From positions 8,680,001 through 8,744,000 of the forward strand of contig OZ024756.1 in assembly GCA_964016885.1 (NCBI GenBank): DNA of 64,000 nucleotides. The letters run 5' to 3'. Positions 27,740 to 41,600 of this stretch are shown one piece after another. A model generated the notes under the pieces. That model had not been told where the DNA came from. It ran no database searches and was given only the letters and a program-made list of their open reading frames with translations. The stretch is from Eledone cirrhosa. Taxonomy: Eukaryota. Position 1 is the stretch's first letter; each line of letters starts with the position of its first letter. The translations under genes and the position numbers were made by a program.

Positions 27740-30700
27740 TCTGTCTTCTATATTACAGTGTCTCAACTGTCTTCTATATTACAGTAATTCAACTGTCTTC
27801 TATACTACAGTGTCTCAACTGTCTTCTATATTACAGTGTCTCAACTGTCTTCTATATTACAGTGTCTCAACTGTCTTCTATATTACAGTGTCTCAACTGT
27901 TTTCTATACTACATTGTCTCAACTGTCTTTTATATTACAGTGTCTCAACTGTCTTCTATATTACAGTGTCTCAACTGTCTTTTATATTACAGTGTCTCAA
28001 CTGTCTTCTATATTACAGTGTCTCAACTGTCTTTTATATTACAGTGTCTCAACTGTCTTCTATATTACAGTGTCTCAACTGTCTTCTATATTACAGTGTC
28101 TCAACTGTCTTCTATATTACAGTGGCTCATCTGTCTTCTATATTACAGTGTCTCAACTGTCTTCTATATTACAGTAATTCAACTGTCTTCTATACTACAG
28201 TGTCTCAACTGTCTTCTATATTACAGTGTCTCAACTGTCTTCTATATTACAGTGTCTCAACTGTCTTCTATATTACAGTGTCTCGACTGTCTTCTATATT
28301 ACAGTGGCTCAACTGTCTTCTATATTACAGTGTCTCAACTGTCTTCTATATTACAGTGTCTCAACTGTCTTTTATATTACAGTGTCTCAACTGTCTTCTA
28401 TATTACAGTGGCTCAACTGTCTTCTATATTATAGTAGTTCAACTGTCTTCTATATTACAGTATCTCAACTGTCTTCTATATTACAATGGCTCAACTGTCT
28501 TCTATACAACAGTGTCTCAACTGTCTTCTATATTACAGTGTCTCAACTGTCTTCTATATTACAGTGTCTCAACTGTCTTCTATATTATAGTAGTTCAACT
28601 GTCTTCTATATTACAGTGTCTCAACTGTATTCTATATTACAGTGTCTCAACTGTCTTCTATATTACAGTGTCTCAACTGTCTTCTATATTCCAGTGGCTC
28701 AACTGTCTTCTATATTACAGTGTCTCAACTGTCTTCTATATTACAGTGTTTCAACTGTCTTATATATTACAGTGGCTCAACTGTCTTCTATATTACAGTC
28801 TCTCAACTGTCTTCTATATGACAGTGTCTCAACTGTCTTCTATATTACAGTGTCTCAACTGTCTTCTATATTACAGTGTCTCAACTGTCTTCTATATTAC
28901 AGTGTCTCAACTGTCTTCTATATTACAGTGTCTCAACTGTCTTCTATATTACAGTGGTTCAACTGTCTTCTATATTACAGTGTCTCAACTGTCTTCTATA
29001 TTACAGTGTCTCAACCGTCTTCTATATTATAGTAGTTCAACTGTCTTCTATATTACAGTGTCTCAACTGTCTTCTATATTACAATGGCTCAACTGTCTTC
29101 TATACAACAGTGTCTCAACTGTCTTCTATATTACAGTGGCTCAACTGTCTTCTATATTACAGTGTCTCAACCGTCTTCTATATTACAGTGTCTCAACTGT
29201 CTTCTATATTACAGTAACTCAACTGTCTTCTATAGTACAGTATCTCAACTGGTTCTATATTACAGTGTCTCAACTGTCTTCTATATTACAGTGTCTCAAC
29301 TGTCTTCTATATTACAGTGTCTCAACTGTCTTCTATATTACAGTGGCTCAACTGTCTTCTATATTACAGTGTCTCAACTGTCTTCTATATTACAGTGTCT
29401 CAACTGTCTTCTATATTACAGTGGCTCAACTGTCTTCTATATTACAGTGTCTCAACTGTCTTCTATATTACAGTGTCTCAACTGTCTTCTATATTACAGT
29501 AGCTCAACTGTCTTCTATACTACAGTGTCTCAATTGTCTTCTATATTACAGTGTCTCAACTGTCTTCTATACTACAGTGTCTCAACTGTCTTCTATATTA
29601 CAGTGTCTCAACTGTCTTATATATTACAGTGGCTCAACTATCTTCTATATTACAGTGTCTCAACCGTCTTCTATATTACAGTGTCTCAACTGTCTTCTAT
29701 ACTACAGTGTCTCAACTGTCTTCTATATTACAGTAGATCAACTGTCTTCTATATTACAGTGTCTCAACTGTCTTTTATATTATAGTGTCTCAAATGTCTT
29801 CTATATTACAGTGGCTCAACTGTCTTTTATATTACAGTGTCTCGACTGTCTTCTATATTATAGTAGTTCAACTGTCTTCTATATTACAGTGTCTCAACTG
29901 TCTTCTATATTACAGTGTCTCAACTGTCTTCTATATTACAGTGGCCCCAACTGTCTTCTATATTACAGTGTCTCAACTGTCTTCTATATTACAGTGGCTG
30001 CACTGTCTTCTATATTACTGTGTCTCAACTGTCTTCTATATTACAGTGTCTCAACTGTCTTTTATATTACAGTGTCTCAACTGTCTTCTATATTACAGTG
30101 TCTCAACTGTCTTCTATATTACAGTGTCTCAACTGTTTTCTATACTACAGTGTCTCAACTGTCTTTTATATTACAGTGTCTCAACTGTCTTCTATATTAC
30201 AGTGTCTCAACTGTCTTTTATATTACAGTGTCTCAACTGTCTTCTATATTACAGTGTCTCAACTGTCTTTTATATTACTGTGTCTCAACTGTCTTCTATA
30301 TTACAGTGTCTCAACTGTCTTCTATATTACAGTGTCTCAACTGTCTTCTATATTACAGTAATTCAACTGTCTTCTATACTACAGTGTCTCAACTGTCTTC
30401 TATATTACAGTGTCTCAACTGTCTTCTATATTACAGTGTCTCAACTGTCTTCTATATTACAGTGTCTCAACTGTTTTCTATACTACATTGTCTCAACTGT
30501 CTTTTATATTCCAGTGTCTCAACTGTCTTCTATATTACAGTGTCTCAACTGTCTTTTATATTACAGTGTCTCAACTGTCTTCTATATTACAGTGTCTCAA
30601 CTGTCTTTTATATTACAGTGTCTCAACTGTCTTCTATATTACAGTGTCTCAACTGTCTTCTATATTACAGTGTCTCAACTGTCTTCTATATTACAGAGGC

Positions 30701-31110
30701 TCATCTGTCTTCTATATTACAGTGTCTCAACTGTCTTCTATATTACAGTAATTCAACTGTCTTCTATACTACAGTGTCTCAACTGTCTTCTATATTACAG
30801 TGTCTCAACTGTCTTCTATATTACAGTGTCTCAACTGTCTTCTATATTACAGTGTCTCGACTGTCTTCTATATTACAGTGGCTCAACTGTCTTCTAAATT
30901 ACAGTGTCTCAACTGTCTTCTATATTACAGTGTCTCAACTGTCTTTTATATTACAGTGTCTCAACTGTCTTCTATATTACAGTGGCTCAACTGTCTTCTA
31001 TATTATAGTAGTTCAACTGTCTTCTATATTACAGTATCTCAACTGTCTTCTATATTACAATGGCTCAACTGTCTTCTATACAACAGTGTCTCAACTGTCT
31101 TCTATATTAC
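27740..31110. repeat. Duplicated block of about 0.8 kb, about 27740-28540 and about 30320-31110 (offset 2574 = 99 monomers)
   Basis: ORF pairs 27836/30410 and 28226/30800. Shared TTTCTATACTACATTGTCTC monomer near 27901 and 30475. Confidence 0.8.
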
Positions 31111-32339
31111 AGTGTCTCATCTGTCTTCTGTATTACAGTGTCTCAACTGTCTTCTATATTACAGTAGTTCAACTGTCTTCTATATTACAGTGTCTCAACT
31201 GTCTTCTATACTACAGTGTCTCAACTGTCTTCTATATTACAATGTCTCAACTGTCTTATATATTACAGTGGTTCAACTGTCTTCTATATTACAGTGTCTC
31301 AACTGTCTTCTATATTACAGTGTCTCAACTGTCTTCTATATTACAGTAGTTCAACTGTCTTCTATATTACAGTGTCTCAACTGTCTTCTATATTACAGTG
31401 TCTCAACTGTCTTCTATATTATAGTAGTTCAACTGTCTTCTATATTACAGTGCCTCAACTGTCTTCTATACAACAGTGTCTCAACTGTCTTCTATATTAC
31501 AGTGTCTCATCTGTCTTCTATATTACAGTAGTTCAACTGTCTTCTATATTACAGTAGTTCAACTGTCTTCTATATTACAGTGTCTCAACTGTCTTCTATA
31601 TTACAGTGTCTCAACTGTCTTCTATATTACAGTGTCTCAACTGTCTTCTATATTACAGTGTTTCAACTGTCTTCTATATTACAGTGTCTCAACTGTCTTA
31701 TATTTTACAGTGGCTCAACTGTCTTCTATATTACAGTTTCTCAACTGTCTTCTAAATGACAGTGTCTCAACAGCCTTCTATATTACAGTGCCTCAACTGT
31801 CTTCTATATGACAGTGTCTCAACAGACTTCTATATTACAGTGTCTCAACTGTCTTCTATATTACAGTGTCTCAACTGTCTTATATATTACAGTATCTCAA
31901 CTGTCTTCTATAGTACAGTGTCTCAACTGGTTCTATATTACAGTGTCTCAACTGTCTTCTATATTCCAGAGGCTCATCTGTCTTCTATATTACAGTGTCT
32001 CAACTGTCTTCTATATTACAGTAATTCAACTGTCTTCTATACTACAGTGTCTCAACTGTCTTCTATATTACAGTGTCTCAACTGTCTTCTATATTACAGT
32101 GTCTCAACTGTCTTCTATATTACAGTGTCTCGACTGTCTTCTATATTACAGTGGCTCAACTGTCTTCTATATTACAGTGTCTCAACTGTCTCTTATATTA
32201 CAGTGTCTCAACTGTCTTCTATATTTCAGTGGCTCAACTGTCTTCTATATTACAGTGTCTCAACTGTCTTCTATATTATAGTAGTTCAACTGTCTTCTAT
32301 ATTACAGTGTCTCAACTGTCTTCTATATTACAGTGTCTC

Positions 32340-35300
32340 AACTGTCTTCTATATTAAAGTAGTTCAACTGTCTTCTATATTACAGTGTCTCAACTGTCTT
32401 CTATATTACAGTGTCTCAACTGTCTTCTATATCACAGTGGCTCAACTGTCTTCTATATTACAGTGTCTCAACCGTCTTCTATATTACAGTGTCTCAACTG
32501 TCTTATATATTACAGTATCTCAACTGTCTTCTATAGTACAGTGTGTCAACTGATTCTATATTACAGTGTCTCAACTGTCTTCTATACTACAGTGTCTCAA
32601 CTGTCTTCTATATTACAGTGTCTCAACTGTCTTCTATATTACAGTGTCTCAACTGTCTTCTACATTCCAGTGGCTCAACTGTCTTCTATATTACAGTGTC
32701 TCAACTGTCTTCTATATTACAGTGTCTCAACTGTCTTATATATTACAGTGGCTCAACTGTCTTCTATATTACAGTCTCTCAACTGTCTTCTATATGACAG
32801 TGTCTCAACTGTCTTCTATATTACAGTGTCTCAACTGTCTTCTATATTACAATGTCTCAACTGTCTTCTATATTACAGTGTCTCAACTGTCTTCTATATT
32901 ACAGTGGTTCAACTGTCTTCTATATTACAGTGTCTCAACTGTCTTCTATATTACAGTGTCTCAACTGTCTTCTATATTCCAGTAGCTCAACTGTCTTCTA
33001 TATTACAGTGTCTCAACTGTCTTCTATATTACAGTAATTCAACTGTCTTATATACTACAGTGTCTCAACTGTCTTCTATATTACAGTGTCTCAACTGTCT
33101 TCTATATTACAGTAGATCAACTGTCTTCTATATTACAGTGTCTCAACTGTCTTTTATATTACAGTGTCTCAACTGTCTTCTATATTACAGTGGCTCAACT
33201 GTCTTCTATATTACAGTGTCTCAACTGTCTTCTATATTATAGTAGTTCAACTGTCTTCTATATTACAGTGTCTCAACTGTCTTCTATACAACAGTGTCTC
33301 AACTGTCTTCTATATTACAGTGTCTCAACTGTCTTCTATATTACAGTGTCTCAACTGTCTTCTATATTACAGTGTCTCAACTGTCTTCTGTATTACAGTA
33401 GTTCAACTGTCTTCTATATTACAGTGTCTCAACTGTCTTCTATATTACAGTGTCTCAACTGTCTTCTATATTACAGTGGCTCAACTGTCTTCTATATTAC
33501 GGTGTCTCAACCATCTTCTATATTACAGTGTCTCAACTGTCTTCTATATTACAGTATCTCAACTGTCTTCTATACTACAGTGTCTCAACTGTCTTCTATA
33601 TTACATTGTCTCAACTGTTTTCCATATACTACAGTGTCTCAACTGTCTTCTATATTACAGTGTCTCAACTGTCTTATATTTTACAGTGGCTCAACTGTCT
33701 TCTATATTACAGTAGCTCAACTGTCTTCTATATTACAGTGTCTCAACTGTCTTATATTTTACAGTGGCTCAACTGTCTTCTATATTACAGTTTCTCAACT
33801 GTCTTCTATATGACAGTGTCTCAACAGCCTTCTATATTACAGTGTCTCAACTGTCTTCTATATGACAGTGTCTCAACAGCCTTCTATATTACAGTGTCTC
33901 AACTGTCTTCTATACTACAGTGTCTCAACTGTCTTCTATATTACAGTAGATCAACTGTCTTCTATATTACAGTGTCTCAACTGTCTTCTATATTACAGAG
34001 TCTCAACTGTCTTCTATATTATAGTGTCTCAACTGTCTTCTATATTACAGTGTCTCAACTGTCTTCTATATCACAGTAGCTCAACTGTCTTCTATATTAC
34101 AGTGTCTCAACTGTCTTCTATATTACAGTGTCTCAACTGTCTTCTATACTACAGTGTCTCAACTGTCTTCTATATTACAGTAGATCAACTGTCTTCTATA
34201 TTACAGTGTCTCAACTGTCTTCTATATTACAGAGTCTCAACTGTCCTCTATATTATAGTGTCTCAACTGTCTTCTATATTACAGTGTCTCAACTGTCTTC
34301 TATATCACAGTAGCTCAACTGTCTTCTATATTACAGTGTCTCAACTGTCTTCTATATTACAGTGTCTCAACTGTCTTCTATATTACAGTGTCTCAACTGT
34401 CTTCTATATTACAGTGTCTCAACTGTCTCCTATATTACAGTGTCTCAACTGTCTTCTATACTACAGTGTCTCAACTGTCTTATATATTACAGTGGCTCAA
34501 CTGTCTTCTATATTACAGTGTCTCAACTGTCTTCTATATATACAGTGTCTCAACTGTCTTCTATATTACAGTGTCTCAACTGTCTTCTATATTACAGTAT
34601 CTCAACTGTCTTCTATATTACAGTGGCTCAACTGTCTTCTATATTACAGTGTCTCAACTGTCTTCTATATTACAGTGTCTCAACTGTCTTCCATATTACA
34701 GTGTCTCAACTGTCTTCTATATTACAGTGTCTCAACTGTCTTCTATATTACAGTGTCTCAACTGTCTTCTATATTACAGTGTCTCAACTGTCTTCTATAC
34801 TACAGTGACTCAACTGTCTTCTATATTACAGTGGCTCAACTGTCTTCTATACTACAGTGTCTCAACTGTCTTCTATATTACAGTGTCTCAACTGTCATAT
34901 ACATTACAGTGGCTCAACTGTCTTCTATATATACAGTGTCTCAACTGTCTTATATATTACAGTGGCTCAACTGTCTTCTATATAGACAGTGTCTCAACTG
35001 TCTTCTATATTACAGTGTCTCAACTGTCTTCTATATTACAGTGTCTCAACTGTCTCCTATATTACAGTGTCTCAACTGTCTTCTATACTACAGTGTCTCA
35101 ACTGTCTTATATATTACAGTGGCTCAACTGTCTTCTATATTACAGTGTCTAAACTGTCTTCTATATACACAGTGTCTCAACTGTCTTCTATATTACAGTG
35201 GCTCAACTGTCTTCTATATTACAGTGTCTCAACTGTCTTATATATTACAGTGGCTCAACTATCTTCTATATTACAGTGTCTCAACTGTCTTCTATATATA

Positions 35301-38300
35301 CAGTGTCTCAACTGTCTTTTATATTACAGTGACTCAACTGTCTTCTATATTACAGTGTCTCAACTGTCTTCTATATTACAGTAGATCAACTGTCTTCTAT
35401 ATTACAGTGTCTCAACTGTCTTCTATATTACAATGGCTCAACTGTCTTCTATACAACAGTGTCTCAACTGTCTTCTATATTACAGTGTCTCAACTGTCTT
35501 CTATATTACAGTGTCTCAACTGTCTTCTATATTAAAGTAGTTCAACTGTCTTCTATATTACAGTGTCTCAACTGTCTTCTATATTACAGTGGCTCAACTG
35601 TCTTCTATATTACAGTGTCTCAACCGTCTTCTATATTACAGTGTCTCAACTGTCTTATATATTACAGTATCTCAACTGTCTTCTATAGTACAGTGTGTCA
35701 ACTGATTCTATATTACAGTGTCTCAACTGTCTTCTATACTACAGTGTCTCAACTGTCTTCTATATTACAGTGTCTCAACTGTCTTCTATATTACAGTGTC
35801 TCAACTGTCTTCTACATTCCAGTGGCTCAACTGTCTTCTATATTACAGTGTCTCAACTGTCTTCTATATTACAGTGTCTCAACTGTCTTATATATTACAG
35901 TGGCTCAACTGTCTTCTATATTACAGTCTCTCAACTGTCTTCTATATGACAGTGTCTCAACTGTCTTCTATATTACAGTGTCTCAACTGTCTTCTATATT
36001 ACAGTGTCTCAACTGTCTTCTATATTACAGTGTCTCAACTGTCTTCTATATTACAGTGGTTCAACTGTCTTCTATATTACAGTATCTCAACTGTCTTCTA
36101 TATTACAGTGTCTCAACTGTCTTCTATATTCCAGTAGCTCAACTGTCTTCTATATTACAGTGTCTCAACTGTCTTCTATATTACAGTAATTCAACTGTCT
36201 TATATACTACAGTGTCTCAACTGTCTTCTATATTACAGTGTCTCAACTGTCTTCTATATTACAGTAGATCAACTGTCTTCTATATTACAGTGTCTCAACT
36301 GTCTTTTATATTACAGTGTCTCAACTGTCTTCTATATTACAGTGGCTCAACTGTCTTCTATATTACAGTGTCTCAACTGTCTTCTATATTATAGTAGTTC
36401 AACTGTCTTCTATATTACAGTGTCTCAACTGTCTTCTATACAACAGTGTCTCAACTGTCTTCTATATTACAGTGTCTCAACTGTCTTCTATATTACAGTG
36501 TCTCAACTGTCTTCTATATTACAGTGTCTCAACTGTCTTCTGTATTACAGTAGTTCAACTGTCTTCTATATTACAGTGTCTCAACTGTCTTCTATATTAC
36601 AGTGTGTCAACTGTCTTCTATATTACAGTGGCTCAACTGTCTTCTATATTACGGTGTCTCAACCATCTTCTATATTACAGTGTCTCAACTGTCTTCTATA
36701 TTACAGTATCTCAACTGTCTTCTATACTACAGTGTCTCAACTGTCTTCTATATTACAGTGTCTCAACTGTCTTATATTTTACAGTGGCTCAACTGTCTTC
36801 TATATTACAGTAGCTCAACTGTCTTCTATATTACAGTGTCTCAACTGTCTTATATTTTACAGTGGCTCAACTGTCTTCTATATTACAGTTTCTCAACTGT
36901 CTTCTATATGACAGTGTCTCAACAGCCTTCTATATTACAGTGTCTCAACTGTCTTCTATATGACAGTGTCTCAACAGCCTTCTATATTACAGTGTCTCAA
37001 CTGTCTTCTATACTACAGTGTCTCAACTGTCTTCTATATTACAGTAGATCAACTGTCTTCTATATTACAGTAGATCAACTGTCTTCTATATTACAGAGTC
37101 TCAACTGTCTTCTATATTATAGTGTCTCAACTGTCTTCTATATTACAGTGTCTCAACTGTCTTCTATATCACAGTAGCTCAACTGTCTTCTATATTACAG
37201 TGTCTCAACTGTCTTCTATATTACAGTATCTCAACTGTCTTCTATACTACAGTGTCTCAACTGTCTTCTATATTACAGTGTCTCAACTGTTTTCCATATA
37301 CTACAGTGTCTCAACTGTCTTCTATATTACAGTGTCTCAACTGTCTTATATTTTACAGTGGCTCAACTGTCTTCTATATTACAGTAGCTCAACTGTCTTC
37401 TATATTACAGTGTCTCAACTGTCTTATATTTTACAGTGGCTCAACTGTCTTCTATATTACAGTAGATCAACTGTCTTCTATATTACAGTGTCTCAACTGT
37501 CTTCTATATTACAGAGTCTCAACTGTCCTCTATATTATAGTATCTCAACTGTCTTCTATATTACAGTGTCTCAACTGTCTTCTATATCACAGTAGCTCAA
37601 CTGTCTTCTATATTACAGTGTCTCAACTGTCTTCTATATTACAGTGTCTCAACTGTCTTCTATATTACAGTGTCTCAACTGTCTTCTATATTACAGTGTC
37701 TCAACTGTCTCCTATATTACAGTGTCTCAACTGTCTTCTATACTACAGTGTCTCAACTGTCTTATATATTACAGTGGCTCAACTGTCTTCTATATTACAG
37801 TGTCTCAACTGTCTTCTATATATACAGTGTCTCAACTGTCTTCTATATTACAGTGTCTCAACTGTCTTCTATATTACAGTATCTCAACTGTCTTCTATAT
37901 TACAGTGGCTCAACTGTCTTCTATATTACAGTGTCTCAACTGTCTTCTATATTACAGTGTTTCAACTGTCTTCCATATTACAGTGTCTCAACTGTCTTCT
38001 ATATTACAGTGTCTCAACTGTCTTCTATATTACAGTGTCTCAACTGTCTTCTATATTACAGTGTCTCAACTGTCTTCTATACTACAGTGACTCAACTGTC
38101 TTCTATATTACAGTGGCTCAACTGTCTTCTATACTACAGTGTCTCAACTGTCTTCTATATTACAGTGTCTCAACTGTCATATACATTACAGTGGCTCAAC
38201 TGTCTTCTATATATACAGTGTCTCAACTGTCTTATATATTACAGTGGCTCAACTGTCTTCTATATAGACAGTGTCTCAACTGTCTTCTATATTACAGTGT

Positions 38301-38690
38301 CTCAACTGTCTTCTATATTACAGTGTCTCAACTGTCTCCTATATTACAGTGTCTCAACTGTCTTCTATACTACAGTGTCTCAACTGTCTTATATATTACA
38401 GTGGCTCAACTGTCTTCTATATTACAGTGTCTAAACTGTCTTCTATATACACAGTGTCTCAACTGTCTTCTATATTACAGTGGCTCAACTGTCTTCTATA
38501 TTACAGTGTCTCAACTGTCTTATATATTACAGTGGCTCAACTGTCTTCTATATTACAGTGTCTCAACTGTCTTCTATATATACAGTGTCTCAACTGTCTT
38601 TTATATTACAGTGACTCAACTGTCTTCTATATTACAGTGTCTCAACTGTCTTCTATATTACAGTAGATCAACTGTCTTCTATATTACAGT
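32340..38690. repeat. Tandem duplication of a unit of about 3.2 kb with internal rearrangement (offsets 3152 then 3282)
   Basis: ORF pairs 32543/35695, 32566/35718, 32852/36004, 33164/36316, 33450/36602 (3152) and 34362/37644, 34388/37670, 34989/38271 (3282). The private marker GTGTGTCAACTGATTC has CTGATT at 32550/35702, and ACGGT..ACCAT is at 33499/36651. Confidence 0.88.
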
Positions 38691-41600
38691 GTCTCAACTG
38701 TCTTTTATATTACAGTGTCTCAACTGTCTTATATATTACAGTGGCTCAACTGTCTTCTATATTACAGTGTCTCAACTGTCTTCTATATATACAGTGTCTC
38801 AACTGTCTTCTATATTACAGTGGCTCAACTGTCTTCTATATTACAGTGTCTCAACTGTCTTATATATTACAGTGGCTCAACTGTCTTCTATATTACAGTG
38901 TCTCAACTGTCTTCTATATTACAGTAATTCAACTGTCTTATATACTACAGTGTCTCAACTTTCTTCTATATTACAGTGTCTCAACTGTCTTCTATATTAC
39001 AGTAGATCAACTGTCTTCTATATTACAGTGTCTCAACTGTCTTTTATATTACAGTGTCTCAACTGTCTTCTATATTACAGTGGCTCAACTGTCTTCTATA
39101 TTACAGTGTCTCAACTGTCTTCTATATTATAGTAGTTCAACTGTCTTCTATATTACAGTGTCTCAACTGTCTTCTATATTACAGTGTCTCAACTGTCTTC
39201 TATATTCCAGTGGCTCAACTATCTTCTATATTACAGTGTCTCAACTGTCTTCTATATTACAGTGTCTCAACTGTCTTCTATATTACAGTGTCTCAACAGT
39301 CTTCTATATTACAGTGACTCAACAACCTTCTATATTACAGTGTCTCAACTGTCTTCTATACTACAGTGTCTAAACTGTCTTCTATATTACAGTGTCTCAA
39401 CTGTCTTCTATACTACAGTGTCTCAACTGTCTTCTATATTACAGTGACACAACTGTCTCCTATATTACAGTGTCTCAACTGTCTCCTATATTACAGTGTC
39501 TCAACTGTCTCCTCTATTACAGTGTCTCAACTCTCTTCTATATTACAGTGTCTCAACTGTCTTCTATATTACAGTGTCTAAACTGTCTTCTATATTACAG
39601 TGTCTCAACTGTCTTCTATATTACAGTGGCTGCACTGTCTTCTATATTACAGTGTCTGAACTGTCTTCTATATTACAGTAGCTCAACTGTCTTCTATATT
39701 ACAGTGTCTCAACTGTCTTCTATATTCCAGTGGCTCAACTGTCTTCTATATTACAGTGTCTCAACTGTCTTCTATATTACAGTGTCTCAACTGTCTTCTA
39801 TATTACAGTGTCTCAACTGTCTTATATATTACAGTGGCTCAACTGTCTTCTATATTACAGTCTCTCAACTGTCTTCTATATGACAGTGTCTCAACTGTCT
39901 TATATATTACAGTGGCTCAACTGTCTTCTATATTACAGTCTCTCAACTGTCTTCTATATGACAGTGTCTCAACTGTCTTCTATATTACAGTGTCTCAACT
40001 GTCTTCTATATTACAGTGTCTCAACTGTCTTCTATATTACAGTGTCTCAACTGTCTTCTATATTACAGTGGTTCAACTGTCTTCTATATTACAGTGTCTC
40101 AACTGTCTTCTATATTACAGTGTCTCAACTGTCTTCTATATTCCAGTAGCTCAACTGTCTTCTATATTACAGTAATTCAACTGTCTTATATACTATAGTG
40201 TCTCAACTGTCTTCTATATTACAGAGTCTCAACTGTCTTCTATATTACAGTAGATCAACTGTCTTCTATATTACAGTGTCTCAACTGTCTTCTATACTAC
40301 AGTGTCTCAACTGTCTTCTATATTACAGTAGATCAACTGTCTTCTATATTACAGTGTCTCAACTGTCTTCTATATTACAGAGTCTCAACTGTCCTCTATA
40401 TTATAGTGTCTCAACTGTCTTCTATATTACAGTGTCTCAACTGTCTTCTATATCACAGTAGCTCAACTGTCTTCTATATTACAGTGTCTCAACTGTCTTC
40501 TATATTACAGTGTCTCAACTGTCTTCTATATTACAGTGTCTCAACTGTCTTCTATATTACAGTGTCTCAACTGTCTCCTATATTACAGTGTCTCAACTGT
40601 CTTCTATACTACAGTGTCTCAACTGTCTTATATATTACAGTGGCTCAACTGTCTTCTATATTACAGTGTCTCAACTGTCTTCTATATATACAGTGTCTCA
40701 ACTGTCTTCTATATTACAGTGTCTCAACTGTCTTCTATATTACAGTATCTCAACTGTCTTCTATATTACAGTGGCTCAACTGTCTTCTATATTACAGTGT
40801 CTCAACTGTCTTCTATATTACAGTGTCTCAACTGTCTTCTATACTACAGTGACTCAACTGTCTTCTATATTACAGTGGCTCAACTGTCTTCTATACTACA
40901 GTGTCTCAACTGTCTTCTATATTACAGTGTCTCAACTGTCATATACATTACAGTGGCTCAACTGTCTTCTATATATACAGTGTCTCAACTGTCTTATATA
41001 TTACAGTGGCTCAACTGTCTTCTATATAGACAGTGTCTCAACTGTCTTCTATATTACAGTGTCTCAACTGTCTTCTATATTACAGTGTCTCAACTGTCTC
41101 CTATATTACAGTGTCTCAACTGTCTTCTATACTACAGTGTCTCAACTGTCTTATATATTACAGTGGCTCAACTGTCTTCTATATTACAGTGTCTAAACTG
41201 TCTTCTATATACACAGTGTCTCAACTGTCTTCTATATTACAGTGGCTCAACTGTCTTCTATATTACAGTGTCTCAACTGTCTTATATATTACAGTGGCTC
41301 AACTGTCTTCTATATTACAGTGTCTCAACTGTCTTCTATATATACAGTGTGTCAACTGTCTTTTATATTACAGTGACTCAACTGTCTTCTATATTACAGT
41401 GTCTCAACTGTCTTCTATATTACAGTAGATCAACTGTCTTCTATATTACAGTGTCTCAACTGTCTTTTATATTACAGTGTCTCAACTGTCTTATATATTA
41501 CAGTGGCTCAACTGTCTTCTATATTACAGTGTCTCAACTGTCTTCTATATATACAGTGTCTCAACTGTCTTCTATATTACAGTGGCTCAACTGTCTTCTA

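Noticed and set aside
32433-35174. V(D)J RSS heptamer CACAGTG (exact in rare variants near 32433 and 35168; consensus TACAGTG)
   Set aside because: The consensus lacks the essential CAC. There is no ACAAAAACC-like nonamer at 12 or 23 bp and there are no gene segments.
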